Numbered from the stretch's first letter, positions 1 to 10,153 are shown. The stretch: DNA of 64,000 nt from Spirochaetia bacterium (GCA_965203055.1 OZ241863.1:2816001-2880000), one strand, 5' to 3'. Made by a program: numbers and translations. Notes: generated by a model from the sequence alone, not told the origin.

Positions 1-84
1 ACCGGCTACGATCAGTACCAGAACCTGTATTGGGCGCGCCAGACGCTGGCGGGCAGGCAGCTTCTGGTGCAGCTGGCGGATTAG
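1..84 (+). CDS. 3' end of a gene entering from the left edge (product unknown)
   Basis: Frame 1 reads TGYDQYQNLYWARQTLAGRQLLVQLAD-stop (TAG 82-84) with GC3-rich codons. Confidence 0.55.
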   Translation, partial: TGYDQYQNLYWARQTLAGRQLLVQLAD

Positions 85-97
85 GGCTCCGGCGGCG

Positions 98-706
98 TCA
101 GGCTTCGATGCGGGTGAACGCTTCCAGAATCGGCGGCGTTCGCCTTGGGTCGAGCCATTCGCGCATGACGAAGAATCCCGGCACCGCGCGCGAATCGATC
201 TCCTCCTCTCCGGCGGCGTACTCGATCAGCAGCTCGCCGGCGCGACGGTAGAAGCGATGGGCGAGCGTCTCCGGATCCAGAATCCAGTATTCGATCACAC
301 CGTGCCGCTCGTACGCGGCGAACTTCGGGCCGGTGTCACGGTCGGCGGTGCGCGGGCTCAGCACCTCCACCACCAGATCGGGCGCGCCCTCGACGTGGTT
401 GCGGCGGATGGCGCTCCGGCGCTCGGCGCGATAGAACGCCAAGTCGGGCTGAAAGGTATTCCTGGCGCTCAGGCGTACGGCGACCACTTCCCGGTACAGG
501 AACCCGAGCCGGCGGCGATCCACGTACAGCCGCAGAATGCCGTCCAGGAAGTTCAGCAGGTCGGCATGCCGAACCGAAACCGGCGAATGCATGGCTACCT
601 CTCCGCCGATCAGATCGGCGCAGCGGCCCGGCTCCAACCACTCCAGGAAGTCCTCGGCGGTGAGCAGTTCGCGTTCAACAGCGGCGGGGCGCAGCTTCGT
701 CGGCAC
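98..706 (-). CDS. Uma2 (DUF820) family putative restriction endonuclease-like protein
   Basis: Motifs LIGGEVAMHSP, QPDLAFY, APDLVVEVLSP, KFAAYERHGVIEYWILDP. Start placed at GTG 706, 7 nt after TGnTATGCT, which aligns with the paralog start. ATG 718 is an alternative. Confidence 0.88.
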   Translation of the reverse strand: MPTKLRPAAVERELLTAEDFLEWLEPGRCADLIGGEVAMHSPVSVRHADLLNFLDGILRLYVDRRRLGFLYREVVAVRLSARNTFQPDLAFYRAERRSAIRRNHVEGAPDLVVEVLSPRTADRDTGPKFAAYERHGVIEYWILDPETLAHRFYRRAGELLIEYAAGEEEIDSRAVPGFFVMREWLDPRRTPPILEAFTRIEA

Positions 707-838
707 AGTGGCAAGCATACCACGGCGCCGCAGAGCGGCCAACCACCACCAACTGCGGCGACGTCGGCGAGTTGGCGTTTCGGAACTGGCAAATGATCAT
801 ACGTGTGCGCGCTACGATTTGACCGCCCGCGCGCCGGG

Positions 839-1459
839 TTACTCTTGGACGCGCTCGATCACTGCCAGCGATTCGGTGAGCGGCGGAAGACGCCCCGGGT
901 CGAGCCACTCGCGCATGATGAAGAATCCCGGCACCGCGCGCGACTCGATCTTCGCCGCTCCGGCGGCGTACTCGACCAGCAGCTCGCCGTCTCGGCGATA
1001 GAAGCGGTGGGCCAGGGTCTCCGGATCCAGAATCCAGTACTCGATGGCGCCATGCTGCTCGTATTCGGCGAACTTCGGGCCGATGTCGCGGTCGGCGGTG
1101 CGTGGGCTCAGCACTTCGACCACCAGATCGGGCGCGCCTTCGACGTGGTTATCGCGGATCAGGCCCGAGTGCGCCGCCCGATAGAACGCCAAGTCAGGCT
1201 GAAAGACATTCCTGGCGCTCAGCCGCACGGCCACCTCTTCCCGGAACAACTCGCCAAGCCGATGCCGGTCCACGTAGGTGCCGAGAAGGCGGTCGAGGAA
1301 GTTGAGCAGTCGGGCATGGCGGATCGACACCGGTGAATGCATGAATATCTCTCCGTCGATCAGGTCGGCGCCGCGGCCCGGCTCCAGCCACTCCAGGAAA
1401 TCCTCCGCGGTGAGCAGCTCGCGTTCCAGATCGAAGGCAGCGGAAACCCGGGTCGGCAT
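839..1459 (-). CDS. Uma2 (DUF820) family protein, tandem paralog
   Basis: Same motifs (LIDGEIFMHSP, QPDLAFY, APDLVVEVLSP, EYWILDP). Highly similar to 98-706. Confidence 0.9.
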   Translation of the reverse strand: MPTRVSAAFDLERELLTAEDFLEWLEPGRGADLIDGEIFMHSPVSIRHARLLNFLDRLLGTYVDRHRLGELFREEVAVRLSARNVFQPDLAFYRAAHSGLIRDNHVEGAPDLVVEVLSPRTADRDIGPKFAEYEQHGAIEYWILDPETLAHRFYRRDGELLVEYAAGAAKIESRAVPGFFIMREWLDPGRLPPLTESLAVIERVQE

Positions 1460-1582
1460 TACACAAGTATATCACGGCGTTCGGGCGCGTACCGGCGGTC
1501 GACGCCACCGGGAACAACCCGGAGAGCGACGGCGCCGCAGAAGGTGGCGCGGGCGGGCGGGCGCGTGCAATGATGGGCGGCG

Positions 1583-2749
1583 ATGAGCAGGCAGCTTGGC
1601 ATCGGGGTGATCGGCATGGGCTGGATGGGCGCCGCCCACAGCCGCGCCTACCTGCAGGTGCGCCATCGCTTCGCCGACCGCGGGCTGGAGCCGCGGCTGG
1701 TGGTGTGCGCCGACGAGGTGGAGGCGCGCCGCGCCGCGGCGCAACGCGAGTACGGCTTTGCCCGCGCCGCCGCCGACTGGCGCGAGGTGGTGGTGGCGGC
1801 GGACGTGGAGGTGGTGGACGTCACCGCGCCCAACTTCCTGCACCGGAGCATGGTGGAAGCCGCCATCGAGGCCGGCAAGCACGTGTTCTGCGAGAAGCCG
1901 GTGGGACGCAGCCCGGAGGACACCCTGGCGCTGGCCGCGGCCGCCGCGCGGGCGGGCATCGTGAGCGGAGCAGGCTACAACTACGCCTGGGCGCCAATGG
2001 TGCAGCACGCGCGGCGGTTGATCGACGCCGGGGAGCTCGGCGAGCTGACCCATTACCGCGGGCGCTTCTTCAGCGGTTACGGGCGCGACCCCGGCGGCGT
2101 GCTCTCCTGGCGCTTCCAGCGCCACCTTGCCGGCCGCGGGACCCTGGCCGACCTGATCTCGCACGTGCTGGACACCGCCCACTTCATCGCCGGCCCGATC
2201 CGGCGCGTGGTGAGCCAACAGCACACCTTCATCACCGAGCGCCCGCTGGCGACGCCGGGCGAAGGCACCCACTTCAGCGCCCGGAGCGGCGGCCCCGCCG
2301 GGCCGGTCACCAACGAAGACTACGTCGGCATCCTGGCCGAGTTCGCGGGCGGCGCGCGCGGCACGCTGGAGGCCTGCCGGGTGATCTTCGGACCGGAGTG
2401 CCAGATGGCGTTCGAGGTGAACGGCCGCCGCGGCGCCCTGGCCTGGGACTTCGAGCGCCTCAACGAGCTGCAGGTGCGCCTGGCCGGCGACCGCGGCGCC
2501 TCCGGCGACGGCTTTACCCGCGCCATCGGCGGGCCGCAGCATCCCTATCAGGGCCGCTTCAACCCCGGCGCCGGCATCGCCATCGGCTACGACGACACCC
2601 TCACCATCGAGCTGGCCGAGTTCCTGACCGCGGTGGCGCGGGGCGCGCCGGGGCGCGCCAGCCTGGCGGCGGCTGCGGCAGTAGCGCGGGTGCAGCAGGC
2701 GGTGGAGCGCTCCTGGGAACGCGGTACCTGGGAAGCGGTCGTCTCCTAG
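1583..2749 (+). CDS. Gfo/Idh/MocA family oxidoreductase
   Basis: Rossmann GIGVIGMGWMG, AGKHVFCEKP and GTLADLISHVLD motifs. Confidence 0.92.
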   Translation: MSRQLGIGVIGMGWMGAAHSRAYLQVRHRFADRGLEPRLVVCADEVEARRAAAQREYGFARAAADWREVVVAADVEVVDVTAPNFLHRSMVEAAIEAGKHVFCEKPVGRSPEDTLALAAAAARAGIVSGAGYNYAWAPMVQHARRLIDAGELGELTHYRGRFFSGYGRDPGGVLSWRFQRHLAGRGTLADLISHVLDTAHFIAGPIRRVVSQQHTFITERPLATPGEGTHFSARSGGPAGPVTNEDYVGILAEFAGGARGTLEACRVIFGPECQMAFEVNGRRGALAWDFERLNELQVRLAGDRGASGDGFTRAIGGPQHPYQGRFNPGAGIAIGYDDTLTIELAEFLTAVARGAPGRASLAAAAAVARVQQAVERSWERGTWEAVVS

Positions 2750-2756
2750 CCCGCCG

Positions 2757-4034
2757 GTGAACGCCTCCGGGCCGCGCGACGACGCCTATCGAGCGGCCAT
2801 TCGCCGCAACGCGGGCTGGAACTTCTGGGTCAACGTCGGCGACCTGGCGTTCGTCAACCTGGCCGGCAGCTTCGTATTCATCTCCACGATCCTGCCGCTC
2901 TACGTCAGCTATCTGACCGAGTCGCGGGTCCTGATCGGGCTCATTCCGGCCATCTACGTCGTGGCCTCCCACGTGCCGCAACTGCTGCTGGCGGCGCGCG
3001 CCGAGTCGCTGGCCCGGAAGAAGCCGTGGATCGTGCGGGTCAGCGTGTTCGAGCGCGTCCCGTGGCTGATCCTCGGGCTCGGAATCCTGCTGTGGCCGGC
3101 GGCGCCGGGGTGGTTCTCCTACGCCTTTCTGGTCGCCATGCTGCTGTTTTCGCAGGCCGCGGTCGGCGTTGCCAGTCCGGCCTGGCGCGCCATGCTGGCC
3201 AACATCATCCACCCCGACCGCAAGGGGCTGATGTTCGGGCTGGGCAGCGCCTTCGGCGGGCTGATGGGCGCCGGCGGCGCCCTGTTGGCGCGCCACCTCC
3301 TGGAGCAGGTGGCGTTTCCCCTCTCGTTCGGGTTCTGCTTCCTGCTGGCCTTCGCCGGGCAGGCGATCTCCTGGACCTTCCTGACGTTGAATCGCGAGCC
3401 GCCGCGCCGCCCCGACCGCCCGCGGGTGCGGCTCGGCGCCTACCTGCGCGAGCTGCCCGCGGTACTGCGCCGCGACGCCAACTTCGCGCGCTTCCTGCTC
3501 AGCCAGCTCCTGGTGATCTTCGGCTCCCTGGGGGTCACCTTCTACATTGTGTACGGGCGCGCGGCGTTCGCCATCACCGACGCCTTCGCCGGCTCGCTCA
3601 CCGTGGCGGCATTGATCAGCCAGGCGCTCGGCACCCCGCTGCTGGGCTGGTGGGGCGACCGCTTCGGCCATCGCTCGGCCACCGAGGTGAGCGCGCTGCT
3701 GTGCGCCGCCGCCGGCCTGGTGATGGTGCTGGCTCCCGGCGCCGGCTGGATGTACGCCGCGTTCGCCCTGGTCACCGTAGCCGACTCCGGCACCAAGGTG
3801 GCGCGGCCGAGCCTGGCGATGGACCTGGGCGCCGGCGGCCGGGTCCCGACCTACGTGGCGCTGACCACCACGCTGCTCGCCGCCCCCGCCCTGGCCGCCC
3901 CCATCGCCGGCGGCTGGTTGATCGAGCTGGTGGACTTTCGCCCGGTGTTCGCGGCCGGCGTGGTGCTGGCGCTGCTCGGCTGGCTGCTGCTGCGCTTCGG
4001 CGTGGCCGACCCGCGCGTGGCCGGCCGGCGCTGA
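2757..4034 (+). CDS. MFS transporter
   Basis: About 12 hydrophobic segments, GWWGDRFGHR motif-A-like loop. Starts 7 nt after the oxidoreductase. Confidence 0.85.
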   Translation: MNASGPRDDAYRAAIRRNAGWNFWVNVGDLAFVNLAGSFVFISTILPLYVSYLTESRVLIGLIPAIYVVASHVPQLLLAARAESLARKKPWIVRVSVFERVPWLILGLGILLWPAAPGWFSYAFLVAMLLFSQAAVGVASPAWRAMLANIIHPDRKGLMFGLGSAFGGLMGAGGALLARHLLEQVAFPLSFGFCFLLAFAGQAISWTFLTLNREPPRRPDRPRVRLGAYLRELPAVLRRDANFARFLLSQLLVIFGSLGVTFYIVYGRAAFAITDAFAGSLTVAALISQALGTPLLGWWGDRFGHRSATEVSALLCAAAGLVMVLAPGAGWMYAAFALVTVADSGTKVARPSLAMDLGAGGRVPTYVALTTTLLAAPALAAPIAGGWLIELVDFRPVFAAGVVLALLGWLLLRFGVADPRVAGRR

Positions 4035-4225
4035 CCCGGCGGCAGCGGCGCCCGAGCGCGCGCGGTGGCGCCGGCGGGCGTCATGGGCGTTGCGGGCCGG
4101 TCTTCCCGCCGGCATACTGCGTTCCATACGGTCACGGTCTGCGGCGGCTGCCGCGCCGGGCAGACGCGCCGCCCCCGCCCCGCGCACGGCGCTGCCGGCG
4201 GGCGGCAGCGAAAGGAGAAGACGTC

Positions 4226-5818
4226 GTGCACCACTCTGTCGAGCTCGCGGCAGCCGGAGTCGCCGGCGCCGCAGCGCAGACCGGCGCCGCAACGGCCGCC
4301 TCAGCCCCGGTGCTGCTGCTGGACGAGGCGCTGATCGGGGAGCAGCGCGGCATCCGCCGCGAGGTGCAGGTGGGGCGCAAGAGCCCGGTGCTGGTGGCGC
4401 CGGAGCGCGACAAGCCGTGGGAGTACTGCGGCGCCGGCATGAGCAAGCGCATCCACCTGTACGGGACCGTGCTGTACGACGATCTGATCGGCAAGTACCG
4501 CATGTGGTACATGGGCCGCATGGGCCCCCACTGGCGCTTCCCGGCCGGCAACTACCAGATTCCGGGCCTGTACGTCCCGCGCACCGACGACCGCCCCTTC
4601 CATTGCAACGGCGTCACCCACGACCGGCACGGCCGCGCCTTGCAAAACAACGACCGCGGCGACCTGACCCTCTATGCCGAGAGCGACGACGGCCTGACCT
4701 GGGTCAAGCCCAACCTCGGCATCTTCACCTTCAACGGCAGCCCCGACAACAACATCGTGTGGGACCTGCACGGCGCCTCGGTGTTCATCGACCGCACCGA
4801 GCCGGACGCGGCGCGGCGCTACCAGGCGATCGGCTACTGCCGCCGCTACCGCGGCATCTTCCTGCTCACCTCGCCTGACGGCCTGCGCTGGGACGACAGC
4901 CGGCACCTGGAGCCGGTGGCGAAGCGCGCCAACGAGGGCGCCTTCAACGTCACCTGGGACCCCCGCGCTCAGGTGTACCGCGCCTACTCCATCGAGCGCT
5001 CCGGCGACCGCGAGGACCGCCGCGTCATCTGCTACACCGAGAGTCCGGCGTTGGCGGGGCCGTGGCAGGACTCGCGGCCGGTACTGGAACCGACGAGCTG
5101 GGACGATGCGGTTGCCTGGCGCCGCTACGGCGCGCTGCGCGCCGAATACTACGATCTGTCCGCGTTCCGCTACCACAACGTCCATCTCGGCCTGGTGGGG
5201 GCGCTGTACGTGCGCGCGGAGAAGATCCCCAACGAGCGGAATCAGATGCCGTGCGACGGGCCGATCGACGCGCAGTTGGTGTACAGCCGCGACGGGCTGA
5301 ACTGGACCCACGCCGACCGCGCGCGCACGCCGGTGATCCCGCGCGGCACCGGCGCTGCCTTCGACCGCGGCATGATCATCGGCACTGCCAGGGAGCCGCT
5401 GGTGGAGGGTGACGCGATTCACTGGTACTACACCGGCTGCGAACACGGCCACGGCGAAACCAACCTCGAAAAGCGCGTCAAGTATCTGGCGCGGGCCACG
5501 TGGCAGCGCGACCGCTTCATTGCGCTGCATGCCCCCGACACCGGACTGGTCACCACCAAGGCGGTGCCGCTGCCGCCGGGCGCGCGGGCGCTGACGGTAA
5601 ACGCCGACGCCGCCGGCGGACAGGTGATGGTGGAGCTGTGCAAGCCCGACGGCGCCCCGCTGCCGGGGTTCACGCGCGCGCAATGCGTGCCGTTGCGCGG
5701 CGACAAGCTGGATTGGCGGGTGGCCTGGAACGGGGCCGACCGCGCGGCGTTGCCCGGCGCCGTGCGGCTGCGCTTCCTCCTGACCCGCGCCCGGCTCTAC
5801 AGCTACCGCTGGAGCTGA
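4226..5818 (+). CDS. Hypothetical protein with Asp-box/BNR repeats, glycoside-hydrolase-like beta-propeller
   Basis: Repeated S-x-D-G-x-x-W (ESDDGLTW, SPDGLRW, SRDGLNW). GTG 4226 follows RBS AAAGGAG. The upstream part of the 930-aa ORF overlaps the MFS gene and is not real. Confidence 0.7.
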   Translation: MHHSVELAAAGVAGAAAQTGAATAASAPVLLLDEALIGEQRGIRREVQVGRKSPVLVAPERDKPWEYCGAGMSKRIHLYGTVLYDDLIGKYRMWYMGRMGPHWRFPAGNYQIPGLYVPRTDDRPFHCNGVTHDRHGRALQNNDRGDLTLYAESDDGLTWVKPNLGIFTFNGSPDNNIVWDLHGASVFIDRTEPDAARRYQAIGYCRRYRGIFLLTSPDGLRWDDSRHLEPVAKRANEGAFNVTWDPRAQVYRAYSIERSGDREDRRVICYTESPALAGPWQDSRPVLEPTSWDDAVAWRRYGALRAEYYDLSAFRYHNVHLGLVGALYVRAEKIPNERNQMPCDGPIDAQLVYSRDGLNWTHADRARTPVIPRGTGAAFDRGMIIGTAREPLVEGDAIHWYYTGCEHGHGETNLEKRVKYLARATWQRDRFIALHAPDTGLVTTKAVPLPPGARALTVNADAAGGQVMVELCKPDGAPLPGFTRAQCVPLRGDKLDWRVAWNGADRAALPGAVRLRFLLTRARLYSYRWS

Positions 5819-5824
5819 CCGGCG

Positions 5825-8800
5825 TTAGCCGGACTGCCGCGCCAGCTTCTTGCGCACCCGTTCGATGTCGCGCCGGCGCCCGCGCCGCTGCCAGATGGCC
5901 AGCGCCTCTTCGAGGCGCCCCTGGCGTTCGTAGACGCGCGCCACGCCCACCTCGTCGCCGAGCTTCCGGTAGCAGCGCAACGCGTCGGCATAGTGCTTGC
6001 TGTCGCGGTACTGCCGCGCCGCCAACTCCAGGTCGCCCTTCTGCTCACGGATCCTGCCGGCCCACTTGTGGTCGCGATGCCCCATGCACGTCACGATTGC
6101 GCGATCCTCATCGCCACGCGCGAGGAACATCTTCACCGCTTCGGGATAGCGCCGCGCGCTTCTGCCGAACAGGGTTGCGTTGCGCTCGTCCGGCTCCATG
6201 TCCGCCAGCGCCGCCTCGTACGCCGGCTCGTCCTCCAGCAACGTGCAGAGCATCAATTCCGGGTCTTGTTCCTCGGCTGCGATCCGCTGCAACCGGATCT
6301 CGAAGTACTCGTAGGCCTGGTCGGGCTGCGGCCCGACCCGGTCGAGGTAGCCGAGAATCAACTCGTAGCAGCGCAGATCGACGATCAGGTCGCTCAACTC
6401 GACGAACAGCGGACAGCCGTAGACGAAGGCCGACGGCAGCGAGTCGAGCATCGCGGCGACCCGCTCGCGGCGGTCCGGCGCCGCGCCGCGGTACACGCAG
6501 TCATGCATCAGCCGCAACACCGCGCCCTTGACGCTGCTGTTGACCTGGAAGTCCGCCAGCCGCGGGCGGCGGCCGCGGCCGCGCGCCATCCGCTCCACCT
6601 CGGGCACCGAGAGGACCAGTTCGGGGCGCTTGTCCAGATAGGCCGCCGCCTCGGCGCCGCGCCCGTGATCCAGGCAGTACTCCAGGGCGTCGGCGTGGCG
6701 CTCCAGCATGGAGTAGGCCGCGGTGGCGCCCTCCATGTACATACCGGCCTCCGAACCGACGGCCAGATAGTGGGCCAGCGCCAGCGTCGGTTCGCCGGCG
6801 CGCAGCAGGCGGCCGGCCGCGCGGGTCACTTCATGGCCTCGGTCGTACAGTCCGTAATGGCCCTCCTTCAGGTAGCAGCCGACGTATTCGACCGCCTCCC
6901 GGTGGCTCTCGTCGCGGCCGTCGCGCAGCACCTCGCGGGCCGCTTCCTGGTAGCGCCCGCACTTCGCCAGGCACTCCGCCGCGGAGTGGTGATCGCCGGC
7001 GGCGCTGAACAGCTCGGCGGCGCGCTCCGGTTGCCCGTTGCGAAGGTAGATCGGGGCGGCCCGCGCCGGCTGGCCCAGGGCCGCCATGCGGACCGCGGCG
7101 CGCATGCCGGGACGCTTGGGGGTAATCTTCGCCAGTCTCTGCTCCAGGTCCCGGCGCGCCTGCGGCGAGCTCTCCGCGTAGCGGCGGAAGCAGTCGCCGG
7201 CCCGCTCCAGGTCGCCGCGTTTCTCATATACCAGCCCCGCATCGTGATGGGCGCCGGACTCGAGCAGACAGCGCAGCAGCGCGTCGCTGTCGCCGATGCG
7301 CCGGTAGAGCGCCGCCGCCCGGACGTGGTCGCCGGCCTGCTCAAACTCCTCGGCCGCGAACGACAGCAGCCCGGCGCGGCGGAACTGCGCCGCGGCCTGG
7401 GCGTGATCGCCGGCCAGCTTGAGGAAGCGCGCCGCCTCGCCGGCCGCCTTCCGTTCCAGGTGGAACTGCGCCAGCTTGCGGTACTCGCGGCCCTGTTCCC
7501 AGTTGCGCAGCACGCCCTCCTCCACCCCCAGTTGCTGCCAGCGGAGCGCCGCCTGAACGTGGTTGCCGGTCGCTTCGTAGTGCCGGGCCTCGCAGGAGAC
7601 CGCTCGCATCTCGCTCTTGGCGCGCCGCCAGGCGCGCGCCGCCTGGCGAAACGCGCCGGCCTGCTCCAGGTTGTCCGCAGCCTCGGTGGCGCGCCCGTGG
7701 CGGGAAAACAACCCGGCGGCGGCGTGATGCTCCCCCTCCCGCTCCAGGCGGCGGGCGCGCGCCAGATCCTCCTTGACCACCGCCTGGGCGTGGCGGTAGC
7801 ACTCTTCGGCCGCCGCGTAGTGCTCCCGCTCGGCGAAGTAATCGCCCTGCGCCTCCCACTCCGCCGGCGTGGACACGCGCTGCCACAGCGTGTCGAAGGC
7901 CGCCGCGTCGGTGGATCGGTACACCTGCTCGGCCAGCGCGTCGATGGTCCAGATCGGGCTCACCCGCTCCCCGTCCCAGATCACCAGCGTGTTGCGCGCC
8001 CGCGTCACCGCCACGTACAGCAGGTTCAACTCATGGCGGACGTGCGGCCCGTCGGCGTCCTCCTGCGCCCGCTCCTCGGCGATGCGCCTCCAGATCGCCG
8101 GCGAACCCTCCGCCGCCGAGAAGCGCCACAGCAGCACCGCGTCGAACTCCAGCCCCTTGGCCTCGTTGATGGTGAACACCAACTCGGTTTGCAGCGCCTT
8201 GCGCACCCGGTCGCGCTCCTGCGCGGTGCGCACCAGCACCACCTGACCAGCCCCGCCGCCCGCGATCGTGCCCAGCAGGTCGCCCTCCGCCAGCCCGTCC
8301 AGCAGCAGCGGCGGGCGCCCGCGGAAGGTCCAGCGCTCGGTGATTTCCCCGCCGGCCAGCCCCACCAGTCTCCGCTTCAGCAGCAGCAGCCCGTTGGCCA
8401 GGCTGACGATGTTGCCGACGCTGCGGAAGTTGATGCTCAGGTTGATCACCTCCGGCACCGGCAGGCCGCGCTCGTAGTAGCGCGCGCGCACCTCCTCCCA
8501 GCGGAAGCCGCTCGGATTGATGATCTGCTTGGGATCGCCGGTCAGTACGGTGCGGCGCGGGTCGGCGGCGAGCCGGAACAGCAGGGCGAGCTGCACGTCG
8601 GTGAGGTCCTGCACCTCGTCGCACACCACCAGGTCGTAGCGGAACTGGTCGCCGTGCTGTTCCAGGTAGTGCAGGGCGGCGCGGGTCAGGTCGATCTCGT
8701 CGTAGCGCCCGGCCGCGGTGAGGCGCGTCTGGTAGTACTCGGCGAGGCGGTGGATGTCGCCCCGGTCGAACGGGAAGTTGGGCGCCCGCTTGCGCCCCAG

Positions 8801-10153
8801 CCCCTCATACTCGCGCAGCGTGAGCAGCGGCTGGTCGAGGCGCCCGGCCTGCTTCTCCAGCAGGCGCAGCGCGGCCCCGAGCAGGAACCGGTGATCGTCA
8901 CCGCGCGCGGCCTCGCCGTCGCGCAGGCTGGCGGCGAACTCCTGCAGCGAGGCGAAGGAACTCTTGCGCTCGCGCGCCGCGTCGAGCTTGGCGCCCAACT
9001 CCAGGTTGCCGAGCCGCACCACGTACTCGGCCAGCTCGGCGCGTTCGCGCTGCGCCGCCTGCGCGGAGGTGAAGGAGGCGGCCAGCTCCTTGAACCGGCG
9101 CCCGCTCACCGGCGGCTTGGCGCCCTTGATGATGGAGCGGATCTCTTCCCACACCAGCTCGGCGTCGTAGCGGGCGGCGCCGGGATGACTCCGGAAGATG
9201 GCATGAAACTCGGCCAGCCCGGCCGGCGGCGCCTCCCAGCGCGGCTTCCCGGCGCAGGACATGATCTCGCGCAGCAGCTCCCCGAAGGTCGCGAAGCGCA
9301 CCGCCTGCGGCGCGCGCTCCAGCTCGGTGGCCTTCACCAGCCCGCGGTAGATGCGTTCGGAAAAGCGCTTCAGATGGGGACTGCAGGTGAGGAACAGCGC
9401 CCGTTCGGAGCCGGCCGCGGCGTTGTCCGGCAGCGCGGCCGCGGCGGCGCCGTCCGGCCGCGCGGCGAGCTGGCGCGCCCGGCGGCGCAGCAGAAAGTAG
9501 ACCGCGATGGTGGTCTTGCCGCTGCCGGCGGTGCCGGACAGCAGCAGCGGCGGCTCGCTGTGCAGCAACCGCGCCTGCTCGCGGGTCAGGTACAGGTACA
9601 GCTCCAGGTGGTCGCCCTGGTCGGTCGCCTGCAGGCGGCGCCACTCGCCCTCGTCCACCACCAGCCAGCGCTGCGGGCCGGCGTCGGCGGCGGCGCCGTC
9701 GCCGGCCGCGGCGGGCGCCGCGCGCAGGGGCTGGTCCAGCGCCGGCGACAAGTAGTCGTCGCTCAGGTCGTCGAGGTCCAGCTCCTCGTCCCGTTGCTCC
9801 ACGGCGTCCGGCGCGAATTCGAGGAACGGGGCGTTGCCGGGCACGATCCCCTGCGCGGTATCGGTCACCGCGTCGTGCTTGACCACCCCCCACACGTAGA
9901 TGCGGGTGGCCCCCGCGCCCTCCTCCCGGAGCGGACGCCCCAACGTGAACAGGATGCGGTCGCCGCGGCTGAGCCGCGCCTCGAATACCGCGCGCGCGGC
10001 GCCCTTGAGCTTCTTGACCCGCACGCCGCCGTCCCACAGGCCGTGCTGCAGGTACTCCAGCTTCTCACGCAGGCGTTGCCTGCCCTGCCGCCCCAGCGAC
10101 ACGAGGTGCGCCCGCACCTTGTCGTGCAGGAGGAGTGTATAGCTGCGCGCCAT
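5825..10153 (-). CDS. UvrD-like SF1 helicase with N-terminal RelE/ParE-like domain and long C-terminal TPR-like repeat region (TRANK1-like architecture)
   Basis: Walker A GTAGSGKT, DEVQD, TGDPKQ, NFRS, TINEAKGLEFD, LYVAVTRAR. N-terminal VKKLKG..VFEARLSRGDRILF. C-terminal Ala-rich helical repeats (e.g. HYAAAEECYRHA, AGDHAQAAAQFRRAG). Confidence 0.85.
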   Translation of the reverse strand: MARSYTLLLHDKVRAHLVSLGRQGRQRLREKLEYLQHGLWDGGVRVKKLKGAARAVFEARLSRGDRILFTLGRPLREEGAGATRIYVWGVVKHDAVTDTAQGIVPGNAPFLEFAPDAVEQRDEELDLDDLSDDYLSPALDQPLRAAPAAAGDGAAADAGPQRWLVVDEGEWRRLQATDQGDHLELYLYLTREQARLLHSEPPLLLSGTAGSGKTTIAVYFLLRRRARQLAARPDGAAAAALPDNAAAGSERALFLTCSPHLKRFSERIYRGLVKATELERAPQAVRFATFGELLREIMSCAGKPRWEAPPAGLAEFHAIFRSHPGAARYDAELVWEEIRSIIKGAKPPVSGRRFKELAASFTSAQAAQRERAELAEYVVRLGNLELGAKLDAARERKSSFASLQEFAASLRDGEAARGDDHRFLLGAALRLLEKQAGRLDQPLLTLREYEGLGRKRAPNFPFDRGDIHRLAEYYQTRLTAAGRYDEIDLTRAALHYLEQHGDQFRYDLVVCDEVQDLTDVQLALLFRLAADPRRTVLTGDPKQIINPSGFRWEEVRARYYERGLPVPEVINLSINFRSVGNIVSLANGLLLLKRRLVGLAGGEITERWTFRGRPPLLLDGLAEGDLLGTIAGGGAGQVVLVRTAQERDRVRKALQTELVFTINEAKGLEFDAVLLWRFSAAEGSPAIWRRIAEERAQEDADGPHVRHELNLLYVAVTRARNTLVIWDGERVSPIWTIDALAEQVYRSTDAAAFDTLWQRVSTPAEWEAQGDYFAEREHYAAAEECYRHAQAVVKEDLARARRLEREGEHHAAAGLFSRHGRATEAADNLEQAGAFRQAARAWRRAKSEMRAVSCEARHYEATGNHVQAALRWQQLGVEEGVLRNWEQGREYRKLAQFHLERKAAGEAARFLKLAGDHAQAAAQFRRAGLLSFAAEEFEQAGDHVRAAALYRRIGDSDALLRCLLESGAHHDAGLVYEKRGDLERAGDCFRRYAESSPQARRDLEQRLAKITPKRPGMRAAVRMAALGQPARAAPIYLRNGQPERAAELFSAAGDHHSAAECLAKCGRYQEAAREVLRDGRDESHREAVEYVGCYLKEGHYGLYDRGHEVTRAAGRLLRAGEPTLALAHYLAVGSEAGMYMEGATAAYSMLERHADALEYCLDHGRGAEAAAYLDKRPELVLSVPEVERMARGRGRRPRLADFQVNSSVKGAVLRLMHDCVYRGAAPDRRERVAAMLDSLPSAFVYGCPLFVELSDLIVDLRCYELILGYLDRVGPQPDQAYEYFEIRLQRIAAEEQDPELMLCTLLEDEPAYEAALADMEPDERNATLFGRSARRYPEAVKMFLARGDEDRAIVTCMGHRDHKWAGRIREQKGDLELAARQYRDSKHYADALRCYRKLGDEVGVARVYERQGRLEEALAIWQRRGRRRDIERVRKKLARQSG

